In this document: piece by piece, positions 21,805 through 31,584 of the stretch
How positions within the stretch are numbered: the stretch's first letter is position 1
Layout: each line of letters begins with the position of its first letter
Source: a virus
Length of the DNA stretch: 64,000 nucleotides
Direction: 5' to 3' (one strand)
IMG/VR virus record: IMGVR_UViG_3300031963_000020
Span: 32,001 to 96,000 of that record
Program-made: the position numbers and the translations under genes
Notes under the pieces: generated by a model
Seen by the model: the letters and a program-made list of their open reading frames with translations, nothing else
Database searches by the model: none
What the model was told of the DNA's origin: nothing

Positions 21805-22155
21805 ATGAAACCCAGAAGTGCAAAGAACAAGGGTAAACGGTTACAAAATGCAATACGAGATTTAATATTAGAACACTTTCCACAGCTCGAACCTGACGAT
21901 GTAGTATCTACATTGATGGGTGATTCGGGGACAGACATCAAGCTGTCCCCAGCTGCTCGGAAAGTGTTTCCGTATTCTCCTGAATGTAAAAACCAAGAAA
22001 AGGTGAATATTTGGGCCGCCCTTGAACAAGCAGAAGATAATACCAAAGAAAATACCTATCCAGTCGTATTCTTTAAACGAAACAATACGAAAACATATGC
22101 GATTATACCCGCAGACCATTTCTTTGAGTTGACTAAACCAAAAAATACAAATTAA
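21805..22155 (+). CDS. PD-(D/E)xK nuclease, Holliday-junction-resolvase-like
   Basis: SAKNKGKRLQ...GTDIKL...ECKNQE...ALEQA...PVVFFKRN pattern of phage resolvase-like nucleases. Confidence 0.7.
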   Translation: MKPRSAKNKGKRLQNAIRDLILEHFPQLEPDDVVSTLMGDSGTDIKLSPAARKVFPYSPECKNQEKVNIWAALEQAEDNTKENTYPVVFFKRNNTKTYAIIPADHFFELTKPKNTN

Positions 22156-22166
22156 TAAATCAACAC

Positions 22167-22197
22167 TTGATTTTTTGATAAAGAGATGTTAGTTTTC
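22167..22197 (+). promoter_or_regulatory. Host-type housekeeping-sigma promoter, probably giving a leaderless primase mRNA
   Basis: TTGATT-17 nt-TAGTTT with extended TG; also fits TTG-20 nt-TAnnTTT(C); ends a few nt before the ATG at 22203, which has no SD. Confidence 0.45.
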
Positions 22198-22202
22198 ATC
22201 GT

Positions 22203-23117
22203 ATGAACCTAATATCTCTGTTATCGCAAATACTCGGTGATTACAAGCAAATGGGCAAGGGGGAGCACTACTTCTCCTGTCCATTCTGCCATCATCACAA
22301 TAAGAAGTTTGCGGTGAATGTTGTTAAGAACAAATGGAAGTGTTGGGTCTGTGGAGCACGTGGTCGGCATTTGATTGGATTGTTCAAGAAGTTGGATGTC
22401 TCACCAGCACAAATCAAAGAGTTAAAGAAGTGTCTCAACGAAGATGATGTTAAGAGTTATGTAGATACTGACCCAGATGAAGTCGTAGAGCTTCACCTTC
22501 CGTATGAGTTCAAACCTCTTTGGAAACCAATCAATACTTTTGAATACAAGCACGCAATCAATTATTTAAAAAAGCGTGGTATTACGGGGTATGACATCAT
22601 CAGGTATCGTATGGGATATTGTGAAACAGGCACCTATGGTGGTCGTATCATTGTCCCGTCCTATGATGTATATGGGAAACTCAACTACTTTATTGCCCGC
22701 GCATATCACGACTCGGGTATGAAATATAAGAACCCACCAGTCTCGAAGAATGTGGTAGTATTCGAGGAACAAATCAACTGGAACGAACCTGTTGTGTTGG
22801 TGGAAGGAGTGTTTGATGCACTGGCGGTTCGTCGTAATGCAATCCCGATGTTGGGGAAGTTTATACCGAAGAAGTTGGAAGTCAAACTACTTGAAAATCG
22901 TGTCAAGAGAGTATATATTCTTCTTGATGATGATGCAAAGACGGAAGCAATACAGCTGGAACGCAAGTTGTCGGCATACGGAATACAAGTATCACAGGTG
23001 TCGGTGAGTGGTGGTGACGCCGCTGACCTTGGGTTCCAAAAGACCTGGGAGTTTATCAATGACTCGAAGGCAACTACCTTTAAGGACTTTATACAAAATA
23101 GGTTATCAAACGCATGA
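22203..23117 (+). CDS. DNA primase (DnaG/T4 gp61-like)
   Basis: Zn-binding CPFC...CWVC; GRIIVP...YFIAR; KYKNP; Toprim motifs LVEGVFDA and LDDDA. Confidence 0.85.
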   Translation: MNLISLLSQILGDYKQMGKGEHYFSCPFCHHHNKKFAVNVVKNKWKCWVCGARGRHLIGLFKKLDVSPAQIKELKKCLNEDDVKSYVDTDPDEVVELHLPYEFKPLWKPINTFEYKHAINYLKKRGITGYDIIRYRMGYCETGTYGGRIIVPSYDVYGKLNYFIARAYHDSGMKYKNPPVSKNVVVFEEQINWNEPVVLVEGVFDALAVRRNAIPMLGKFIPKKLEVKLLENRVKRVYILLDDDAKTEAIQLERKLSAYGIQVSQVSVSGGDAADLGFQKTWEFINDSKATTFKDFIQNRLSNA

Positions 23118-26100
23118 ATATAAGTGTCCCATTTAATAAACTAAAGAAAATAGTCCACCTCGCAGATATTCATATTCGATTATTTAAGCGACACGACGAA
23201 TACAACGAATGTTTCCAGACCCTCTATAACCAGTTGCGTCAAGAAGATTTGACCGACTCGGTTATTGTTGTTGCTGGTGACATCGTGCATGCTAAGACGG
23301 ATATGAGTCCTGAGATGGTGGTGATGGCTACGCAGTTCTTAAAGACGTTAGCTGACATGGCACCGACCATTATTATCGCAGGTAATCACGACCTCAACTT
23401 ATCCAATATGAACCGATTGGATAGTTTGACCCCTATCGTCGATAGTATCAATCACAAAGACCTGCATTACTTTAAGCACTCTGATGTTTACACGATTGCA
23501 GACACCGACTTTGCCGTATACTCCATTCTTGATGACAAGGAGAAGTGGCCGTCCCACAAGGATTGTCATTCTCGTCGTAAGGTGGCTCTCTATCACGGAC
23601 CTGTTCACGGCGCAACTACGGATGCACGATATACCATTACGAACCGACATGTCGAAGTCTCGGCATTCAACGGGTTCGATATGGTCTTACTTGGAGACAT
23701 TCATAGACATCAAGTATTGCAAGAACGAGACACAGAAAGCAAGAAACCTATCGTCGTATACGCATCGTCACTTATCCAACAGAACCACGGGGAAAGTGTC
23801 GATAATCACGGATGGTGCATGTGGGATGTGAATAGTTGTTCGTTCGAGTTCCGTCCACTTCCAAACAACTATGGCTACTACACAATAGAGGTGAAGGGTG
23901 GAAAGGTACCTGTATTGAATGATGTCCCGAAGAATGTTCGTATGCGCATATTCACGGGGAACCTTGATACTTCTGCGGTCAAGAAGTTGACGGCGGTATT
24001 ACGAAAGCAATACAACATTATTGAGTTAAGTATCAACAAGTCCAGATACGACAATACCAATCAAGAAAAGATGAAGAGTGGGATTGAGATTGTAGATGTC
24101 CAGAACATCAACAACCAGAACCAACTTATCCAAGATTGGTTAGAACGACAATATGACGATACGATTGACAAGCCGTTAATGGACAAAATCTTGGATGTCA
24201 ACAAGAACCTTAATGCTCAAATCAATCACGATGACCATTCCCGTAATGTGAACTGGCGCCCTCTTCAACTGAAGTTCTCGAATATGTTCTCGTATGGTGA
24301 GGACAATATCATCAACTTTGGCAAGATGAAGGGTATATATGGTATCTTTGCCAATAACGCATCGGGTAAGAGTTCCGCAATGGATGCCCTCATCTTTACC
24401 CTTTACGATAAGACTCCACGTGCGTTCCGTGGTGACCATATAATGAATAATCGTAAGGATACCTTTACCTGCCAGTTAAAGTTTGAAATCAACAATGAAA
24501 TCTTCTATATCCGTAGAACAGGTACCCGTAAAAAGACGGGTGATGTCAAGGTTGATGTCTCATTCTGGCGGGAAAACGAGGATGGAACCCACGAGTCGTT
24601 AAATGGTGAGGACCGCCGTGATACCAATGCCAATATCCGTAACTATGTCGGCACCTATGAAGATTTCGTCCTAACGGCACTCAGTAGTCAGAATAGTAAT
24701 GCGTTATTCATTGACAAGTCCCACTCTGAACGTAAAGACCTACTTATCCAGTTTATGGGATTAAGTATCTTTGACAAGTTATGTGACACCGCCAACGACG
24801 AGATGAAGGAAATCTCTGGGGCACTCCGTAAGTTTAAGAAGGTCGATTTCTCTCAGACATTATCCGATACCCAGAGTAAGTTGGATGCCACCCGTGAGGA
24901 ACACGAACGGGTAGAAGGGTTGTTCTCTAACATTAAACAGGAACAGGAAACCCTCTACGAGAAGTTAAAGGGATTACAGGAACAAAAACGACCTGTTCCG
25001 AATATTGAGTTGGATATTGATACCCTCTTATCTACGAAGGATAAGGTGGTTGACCTTGCGGCATCCTACGAAGAAGATAAGGGTGAAGCAGAAGGACGAT
25101 TACAATATATTCACGATACAATCGCAGAGAAAACAAAGGAAGTAGTAGATGCAAATATTCCAGAACTTCGGAACTCTGTTGAAGAATATAATAGATTATC
25201 TGACCTCTTTAATAAGGGTAGTAATGCCTTGAAGTTAACCACCTCGAAGATTGGGGAAAAGGTAAAGTTCCAAATCAAACTTGATAGTTACAAATACAAT
25301 CCAGATTGTGATGTTTGTGTTGACAACAATAAAACAATCATTTCTGATAAACAACAAGTAGCACAAGAGTTGTTGGAGTTGGAAGAGGTGCGAATCAAGC
25401 AAACAGCTGCTATCGAAGAAATCAAACAGCAGATGGAACCACTGGTCGAAAAGGTTAATCTCTGTGCATACTACGAGAAGATACAGAGTGAAGTCCAACA
25501 ACTCCAGAAAAAGGCAAGTGGGATTGAACTTGACATCCAAAAGATATTGACCAACATCGAAAAGTGTGACCGCAAGCGTGAGCAAGTGGAAAAGGACATT
25601 GAACTCCATCGGTCAAACAAAGAAAATATAGAATATAATATTGAGATAGATGAACGTATTGACCATATCCAATACGACATCACTACATCTAAAAAGAAGG
25701 CCGACCACATGGAAAAGGTTGTCCGTGACTTGCATGGTGAGATTAAAGTATTAGAAGCCACCAAGACAGACATTATGAACCAGATTAAGGAAGCTGAGGA
25801 GTTAGAAGCAACCTACGAGGCGTACAAGTATTATATGGAAGCGGTGGGTCGTGATGGTATTCCATATGACTTGATGAGTAAGGCAATCCCGAACATCGAA
25901 GCTGAAATAAATAATATTTTAAGTCAGATTGTGGACTTCACTATCTCACTCGAAGTGGATGGAAAGAACATCGTCGGTAAGTTAAACTACGATTATGACC
26001 GCGTATGGCCGCTGGAAAACTCATCTGGGATGGAACGCTTCATTAGTAGTCTGGCAATCCGTGTAGCCTTGATGAACGCTTCGAACCTTCCAAAGTCCAA

Positions 26101-26293
26101 CTTCTTGATTATTGATGAAGGATTGGGGACATTAGACGCCGAGAATATGACTTCGATGCATACCCTATTCGGTATCTTAAAGGCTCAATTTGATTTCCTT
26201 ATCGTCATCAGTCATTTGGATGTGGTCAGAGATATGGTAGACAACTTAATTGAGATAAAAAGAGAGGACGGATTCTCCTATATTCAGTCGTGA
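23114..26293 (+). CDS. Fused Mre11/SbcD nuclease - Rad50/SbcC ATPase (T4 gp47-gp46-like)
   Basis: Phosphoesterase motifs LADIH, AGDIVH, GNHD, YHG, GDIH; then Walker A NNASGKSS, coiled coil with CDVC hook, signature SSGME, Walker B LIIDEG, H-loop ISH. Confidence 0.9.
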   Translation: MNISVPFNKLKKIVHLADIHIRLFKRHDEYNECFQTLYNQLRQEDLTDSVIVVAGDIVHAKTDMSPEMVVMATQFLKTLADMAPTIIIAGNHDLNLSNMNRLDSLTPIVDSINHKDLHYFKHSDVYTIADTDFAVYSILDDKEKWPSHKDCHSRRKVALYHGPVHGATTDARYTITNRHVEVSAFNGFDMVLLGDIHRHQVLQERDTESKKPIVVYASSLIQQNHGESVDNHGWCMWDVNSCSFEFRPLPNNYGYYTIEVKGGKVPVLNDVPKNVRMRIFTGNLDTSAVKKLTAVLRKQYNIIELSINKSRYDNTNQEKMKSGIEIVDVQNINNQNQLIQDWLERQYDDTIDKPLMDKILDVNKNLNAQINHDDHSRNVNWRPLQLKFSNMFSYGEDNIINFGKMKGIYGIFANNASGKSSAMDALIFTLYDKTPRAFRGDHIMNNRKDTFTCQLKFEINNEIFYIRRTGTRKKTGDVKVDVSFWRENEDGTHESLNGEDRRDTNANIRNYVGTYEDFVLTALSSQNSNALFIDKSHSERKDLLIQFMGLSIFDKLCDTANDEMKEISGALRKFKKVDFSQTLSDTQSKLDATREEHERVEGLFSNIKQEQETLYEKLKGLQEQKRPVPNIELDIDTLLSTKDKVVDLAASYEEDKGEAEGRLQYIHDTIAEKTKEVVDANIPELRNSVEEYNRLSDLFNKGSNALKLTTSKIGEKVKFQIKLDSYKYNPDCDVCVDNNKTIISDKQQVAQELLELEEVRIKQTAAIEEIKQQMEPLVEKVNLCAYYEKIQSEVQQLQKKASGIELDIQKILTNIEKCDRKREQVEKDIELHRSNKENIEYNIEIDERIDHIQYDITTSKKKADHMEKVVRDLHGEIKVLEATKTDIMNQIKEAEELEATYEAYKYYMEAVGRDGIPYDLMSKAIPNIEAEINNILSQIVDFTISLEVDGKNIVGKLNYDYDRVWPLENSSGMERFISSLAIRVALMNASNLPKSNFLIIDEGLGTLDAENMTSMHTLFGILKAQFDFLIVISHLDVVRDMVDNLIEIKREDGFSYIQS

Positions 26294-26297
26294 TAAC

Positions 26298-26305
26298 TAT
26301 TTATA
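26298..26305 (+). promoter_or_regulatory. Putative late promoter TATTTATA
   Basis: 34 nt before ATG 26332, where structural genes resume after the replication island. Confidence 0.6.
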
Positions 26306-26331
26306 TTGAGTAGTTATTACGGTGAGAAACT

Positions 26332-28149
26332 ATGGCACGAACTAGAAAAGCATTAGGAAAGCAATTTTTAAACCAGGTACCTGTCTTGATTGAAGATTCA
26401 AGTCAGGAATCTGTGTATTTTAATATAAAAAAATTAGATAGTTATTTCACTGGTGGTAAGAACGCTTTTCTTGTTACTGGAACAGGATTACTGGAACCAA
26501 ACACCACCATTCAAATTGAAATATTAGACGTTGATGGAAACAGTATTTATGTAGAAGCTATACGTAATTTTTCTGAAGCAGGGTCACGTGTGGTGGTAGT
26601 TGAAATATACGAAAACACACCACGAGGACCAGCTATTCTCACGATATTAGGAACTGCTAGACGTTTAGCAAACGGACAATCTATACCTGATATTTGGCAA
26701 GGTCGTGTTAATTTACGTTGGCAAAAGAAACTCATTGTAGAACCAAAAGCAAGAAACAACACACCAATACGAATTAAAAGACAACCTGAAATTATTACAA
26801 GTGAATTACTATTGACAGGTTCATTACTCAGTCAATCTCGTATCAATAATCCTATAGGTCAAATTACATTAACACCAAAAAATGTATTAAATAAACAACG
26901 TGGTTATATAGTAACTCTTAATAGTGGTAGTGCGTTCAAAGGATTTCATTTAACACCAAAAATAACAGGAAGTTTTAGTTTACAAGAACGTAAATATACG
27001 GGGACAATACCAGCAACAACTGAATCAATACAGATACTTTCAAACCACACAGCATCCGTAGATTTACCACTTTCTCATTTAAATGCATCACGGTCATTTA
27101 CCGATGTAAATATTACTAGCTCGACAGATAATAATATACTTAATTTTACACCAGTAAGAAATGGACAATACGAAATAGGTGAAACATTATATACAGCGTC
27201 ATCTACCACGTATATTAGAACTGCAAAATCAATCACATCCTCACTTAACTACAGTTTTATAAGTGAAAGTTCTACATTGATAACCAGTAGTATATTATCG
27301 TTTGCGAAACTTCGTATCATAAATCTAGATACAGTTAGTGGTGAAATCTTTAGAATTAAGGCGTCGGGTAAGCAAGCAGGTGCACAAACAGATTTCGGTT
27401 TCATAGCAGATACACCAACTACAGTAGGTGAACTATTAATAACCAGTTCTACAGACCAAGATGATAGAGAACAACCAATTGGTATATTTAACACTCATGC
27501 GATATTAACTGCAAGTTGGTATGCACATAATGTTACGGGGTCTGGTATACCTGATACCTCATATGGTGATGATACGTTAAATGCATCTACGCATATTAGT
27601 TTAAGTCTTGATGATAGTAATATCTTGGATGCAGGATATGCGGTCACTGCTACAAGTAGCTACTTTATAGGAACACGAGAAGAATTTGCTTTATTTCCAA
27701 CATCTGAGTATACACTAAAATTTGATAGTTATGTATATACTACATCTGGAGCATTCGCATACACAGCAAGTGCCTATAATACAGACGTATATATAACTGG
27801 TTCCGCTATCGCTGGTAATAATCTATTTGGTCAAAAAATAGGTTCAATCACCACTACGGGCAAAGCAGGATATTTCCCAAATAAACAGTTTAATTTTACA
27901 GTTCCACGTAGTGGTAGTGCTGGATTACGATTTGTAGTAAATAATGGGTTCTGGCAATTTGCAAATATTTCATTAAAGGTTGCGGAAGAGTATGCATTTA
28001 GCCCCGACGAAGTTATCGTTACGATTCCAAACGATGCGGCAAATACGTCAAGTTTGATATTTAAAACAGATTTGTTTGATATTAACAATAATGCATTAGA
28101 TTTAAATATTCAGTCAGTTCCAACTATCTTTACAGGTTCAAGACGATGA
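26332..28149 (+). CDS. Putative virion structural protein (beta-rich)
   Basis: 605-aa Ser/Thr-rich ORF preceded by the TATTTATA element. Confidence 0.55.
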   Translation: MARTRKALGKQFLNQVPVLIEDSSQESVYFNIKKLDSYFTGGKNAFLVTGTGLLEPNTTIQIEILDVDGNSIYVEAIRNFSEAGSRVVVVEIYENTPRGPAILTILGTARRLANGQSIPDIWQGRVNLRWQKKLIVEPKARNNTPIRIKRQPEIITSELLLTGSLLSQSRINNPIGQITLTPKNVLNKQRGYIVTLNSGSAFKGFHLTPKITGSFSLQERKYTGTIPATTESIQILSNHTASVDLPLSHLNASRSFTDVNITSSTDNNILNFTPVRNGQYEIGETLYTASSTTYIRTAKSITSSLNYSFISESSTLITSSILSFAKLRIINLDTVSGEIFRIKASGKQAGAQTDFGFIADTPTTVGELLITSSTDQDDREQPIGIFNTHAILTASWYAHNVTGSGIPDTSYGDDTLNASTHISLSLDDSNILDAGYAVTATSSYFIGTREEFALFPTSEYTLKFDSYVYTTSGAFAYTASAYNTDVYITGSAIAGNNLFGQKIGSITTTGKAGYFPNKQFNFTVPRSGSAGLRFVVNNGFWQFANISLKVAEEYAFSPDEVIVTIPNDAANTSSLIFKTDLFDINNNALDLNIQSVPTIFTGSRR

Positions 28150-30959
28150 ACATAAACAAATTATTTGAACAAATAGTAGCACTTGACGATTATGTTGAGC
28201 AACACAATTTCTTGGTAGAGACACTTGCACCACAACTTGTGGAAGAATTAGCTATTACAACGACTGATACATTGGAAGAAGCAAAAAAGAAGCGTAAGAA
28301 GGCAAAAGAAAAGATTAAACGATATGGATTTTTCTATCCATTATATCCTCGTGTAATTAAAACTGGTGAACAACCAAAAGAAGAACCAACAACACCACCA
28401 ACGGAACCAACCGATAGTGGTGATGCTGGAGCTGGTGATACTGGTGGTGTGGATGAAATTAAGCCACAAAATGTAGATAACGCATTTGCATTTCCTTATT
28501 CACTTGGTCCGGAGCAAGATGATGAATTCTTACAAAAAGAAGCACTATCAAGTACGGAACGGATGCGTAGGTACAACAAGCGTCACCCCGAAAAAGTTCG
28601 TCAGTACCTTAAAAAGACTCAGGATGACCGCGTTGCCCGTAACCGCGACCGTAAAAAAGCAGTAAAGAAATACGGCAAAACAAAGATGAAGAACCATGAC
28701 GTACATCATCCAAACGGACCACATAATGGTGGTGCTCGCTTGGTACGTAAAGATCATGGACGAGATAAGAAAAACGAAAATATTGAGTACGTATATCTCT
28801 CCGAGTTATTAGAAGGTAATGTACCAAATGGTCCGTGGATATTGTTATCAGAGGGTGGAGCAGCAGGACATTTAGCGCATCCATACGAAGATGATAGTTT
28901 GACGTTTAAAGATTTAAAAGAAATGGCAAAACGTGGTTTGGTCGGTGGATTAGATGCAGAAGGTCCAGTCACCGAAAAACTTGACGGACAGAACATCACC
29001 TTTAGTGTACGTGATGGTCGTGTGGTATTTGCTCGTAATAAAGGTCAAGTCAAAAATCGTGGACAGAACGCATTACCAGCAGCAGACTTACGACAAATGT
29101 TTGCTGGTCGTGGTGATATAGAAAAAGCATTTGGAAACTCAGCAGATGACTTACAAGCAGCAGTAGACGCATTACCACAAGAACAACGAGACGCGATGTT
29201 CGGTGATGGTCGTAAGTTTATGAATGTAGAAATTATATTCCCAGATACAAAAAATGTTATTCCATACGGTAAACCAGTGTTGGTATTTCATGGAACTATT
29301 GAATATGATGATGCAGGGGAAGAGATTGGTCGTAATGTAGATGATGCAAAAATTTTGGACCAACAACTTCAAGCAGTTAGTGCACAAAAACAACGCACAT
29401 TTGGCATATCAGGTCCACAACCTATTACATTTAATGATGCCGACACAGTACGCAATAAAGAACGATTACAACAATACGGTGCAGAAATTGCACGTATTCA
29501 AGAAGAATATGACCTTGATGATAATTCTACATTAGAAGATTACAAGGTGGCATGGTGGAATAGAGAAATTGATAATATGGGTATCGATTGGACTCCACAA
29601 GAACGTGAAGGTCTTATTCGTCGTTGGGCAATGGGTGAAAAGAAGTTTGGGGTCAAAGATATTGAAGATCCTGAAAAGAAAAAGGCATTTAGACAATTTG
29701 AAGTAAACGAACTTAAAGATAAACAAAAGGCTGCTACTCGTCCAATAGAACGTATTTTTTTACGTATTGGTGCAGATACGTTACTACGCGTCACTAATAC
29801 TCTTGGAGCTAATAATCCAGAGATGGCAGCACAATTAAAACAAGAAGTTAGAGATGCTATAGAAAAGATTAAAGACGCTGGTGATGAAAATCAATTGGCA
29901 ATGTTACAGCAACAAATAGAACGGTTAGATGACCTTGGTATTGAACGTGTGGTTCCAAGCGAAGGGTTGGTCTTTATCTATAATGGTAAACCATATAAAT
30001 TTACTGGAGCATTTGCACCAGTCAATCAAATCCTTGGTATGATGAAGTTTCAACGAGGTAAAGCTAAAGTTGTTGATGAACCAGAAAAGAAACCAGCAGA
30101 AGAACCACAAGTAACCACACAAACAACAACTACACCAACTGGTGAAAAACGAACCATTGCTATTTTTCCTGGTCGTTTTCAACCATTCCACGCAGGACAT
30201 TACAGTATCTATCGTGCTTTGGTCGAAAAGTTTGGTAAAGAAAATGTTTATATCGCAACCAGTGATAAGACCGACCCAACCAAATCACCATTTGGGTTTG
30301 TTGAAAAGAAAGACATTATCACAAGAATGTTTGATATTCCGGAAGATATGGTGGTACAAGTAAAAAATCCATACGCACCAGTTGAAATCACCGGTAATAT
30401 GCCAGACAATACAGTTGTGGTAACTGCAGTCAGTGAAAAAGACTCAGAACGATTAACGGGTGGTAAATACTTTACACCGTATGATGGTGAAACAGCGACA
30501 CAAGGATTTAAAGATAAAGGATATTTCATAGTTGCACCAGAAATGCAACTACAACTTCAAGGCAAAAACATTAGTGGAACTCAAGTTAGAGCATTGTTAG
30601 GTAATCCAAATATTACTGACGAAGCAAAAGAAGAAATATTCACAATGATATATGGTAAGTTCGACCCAGACATATTTAAAAAGATTGTTAAAACTACTAC
30701 GGACTCAGAAAAAGCATTGGCACTTACACAACAGCATGGTGGTAAAAAAGCTGCAAAACCACGAGTAAAAAAGAAAGCGGGAGAACCACAAAAAGGTGTG
30801 AGAAAAAAAGCAGTAAAACCAGAACCAAAAGATCCATCATTTTACAAACCTGGTGAATCGTGGGAAACTGAAACTGGAAACTTTGGTGGCAAGAATAAAA
30901 AGAATCAAGTAAGATATTTTGGTACAAAGGACCGAGCAGACAAATTCGCTAAATCATAA
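28146..30959 (+). CDS. Multidomain protein: degenerate HNH-like segment, RNA-ligase-like covalent nucleotidyltransferase and HxGH cytidylyl/adenylyltransferase
   Basis: TEKLDGQN (motif I), NVEII, LVFHG, SEGLVF...PYKF (motifs IV/V); PGRFQPFHAGH and ISGTQVR of the HIGH-superfamily fold. Confidence 0.7.
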   Translation: MNINKLFEQIVALDDYVEQHNFLVETLAPQLVEELAITTTDTLEEAKKKRKKAKEKIKRYGFFYPLYPRVIKTGEQPKEEPTTPPTEPTDSGDAGAGDTGGVDEIKPQNVDNAFAFPYSLGPEQDDEFLQKEALSSTERMRRYNKRHPEKVRQYLKKTQDDRVARNRDRKKAVKKYGKTKMKNHDVHHPNGPHNGGARLVRKDHGRDKKNENIEYVYLSELLEGNVPNGPWILLSEGGAAGHLAHPYEDDSLTFKDLKEMAKRGLVGGLDAEGPVTEKLDGQNITFSVRDGRVVFARNKGQVKNRGQNALPAADLRQMFAGRGDIEKAFGNSADDLQAAVDALPQEQRDAMFGDGRKFMNVEIIFPDTKNVIPYGKPVLVFHGTIEYDDAGEEIGRNVDDAKILDQQLQAVSAQKQRTFGISGPQPITFNDADTVRNKERLQQYGAEIARIQEEYDLDDNSTLEDYKVAWWNREIDNMGIDWTPQEREGLIRRWAMGEKKFGVKDIEDPEKKKAFRQFEVNELKDKQKAATRPIERIFLRIGADTLLRVTNTLGANNPEMAAQLKQEVRDAIEKIKDAGDENQLAMLQQQIERLDDLGIERVVPSEGLVFIYNGKPYKFTGAFAPVNQILGMMKFQRGKAKVVDEPEKKPAEEPQVTTQTTTTPTGEKRTIAIFPGRFQPFHAGHYSIYRALVEKFGKENVYIATSDKTDPTKSPFGFVEKKDIITRMFDIPEDMVVQVKNPYAPVEITGNMPDNTVVVTAVSEKDSERLTGGKYFTPYDGETATQGFKDKGYFIVAPEMQLQLQGKNISGTQVRALLGNPNITDEAKEEIFTMIYGKFDPDIFKKIVKTTTDSEKALALTQQHGGKKAAKPRVKKKAGEPQKGVRKKAVKPEPKDPSFYKPGESWETETGNFGGKNKKNQVRYFGTKDRADKFAKS

Positions 30960-30968
30960 GAGGTTACT

Positions 30969-31583
30969 ATGGCACGCATGGATGAAAAAGCAGTAGCAGA
31001 TGTAAGAAAAAGAATTGGTGAAGTAATGAACAAACAAGAACAAAAACTTGTATTTGGATGGCGTCCGCAACAAGTAGAGCGACAAGAAGGTGAAGTGTGG
31101 GAAGATCATGATGGTAAAAAATGGACAAAGAAGAATGGTCTTGTTCAAACCGTTACAAAACTTGATGGATTTAAAACTCCGTGGTGGTGTCCAAAATGTA
31201 ATACTCCACTAAACGGTATTCATCTTAAAGCATACAAAAAAGCAGGGCATTGCCACGAATGTATGTTAAAAGAAGAAATGGAATTAAAAAAGTCTGGTAA
31301 ATGGCATGACGTAATAATTGAAAAAGGTCGTCAAAATCATATGGCGATAATACGAGACAAGATACAAGAATTACAAAGCTATCACGATAATCTCTCACAA
31401 CCAGAATTTATTCACGCAGACAATGAAAAAATATTGATGATTGAAAAGTGGGATATGGATATCAATACGGTCAAAAAAGATTTGATGGAAGAAATTACCA
31501 AGCTGCAAAAGCATTTAGAAATGGTTGAGTCTGGAATGAGTGAAGAAGAAATCAGACAATACTACGAAACACAGGAACAATAA
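30969..31583 (+). CDS. Hypothetical Zn-finger protein
   Basis: CPKC...CHEC; SD GAGG. Confidence 0.6.
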   Translation: MARMDEKAVADVRKRIGEVMNKQEQKLVFGWRPQQVERQEGEVWEDHDGKKWTKKNGLVQTVTKLDGFKTPWWCPKCNTPLNGIHLKAYKKAGHCHECMLKEEMELKKSGKWHDVIIEKGRQNHMAIIRDKIQELQSYHDNLSQPEFIHADNEKILMIEKWDMDINTVKKDLMEEITKLQKHLEMVESGMSEEEIRQYYETQEQ

Positions 31584-31584
31584 T

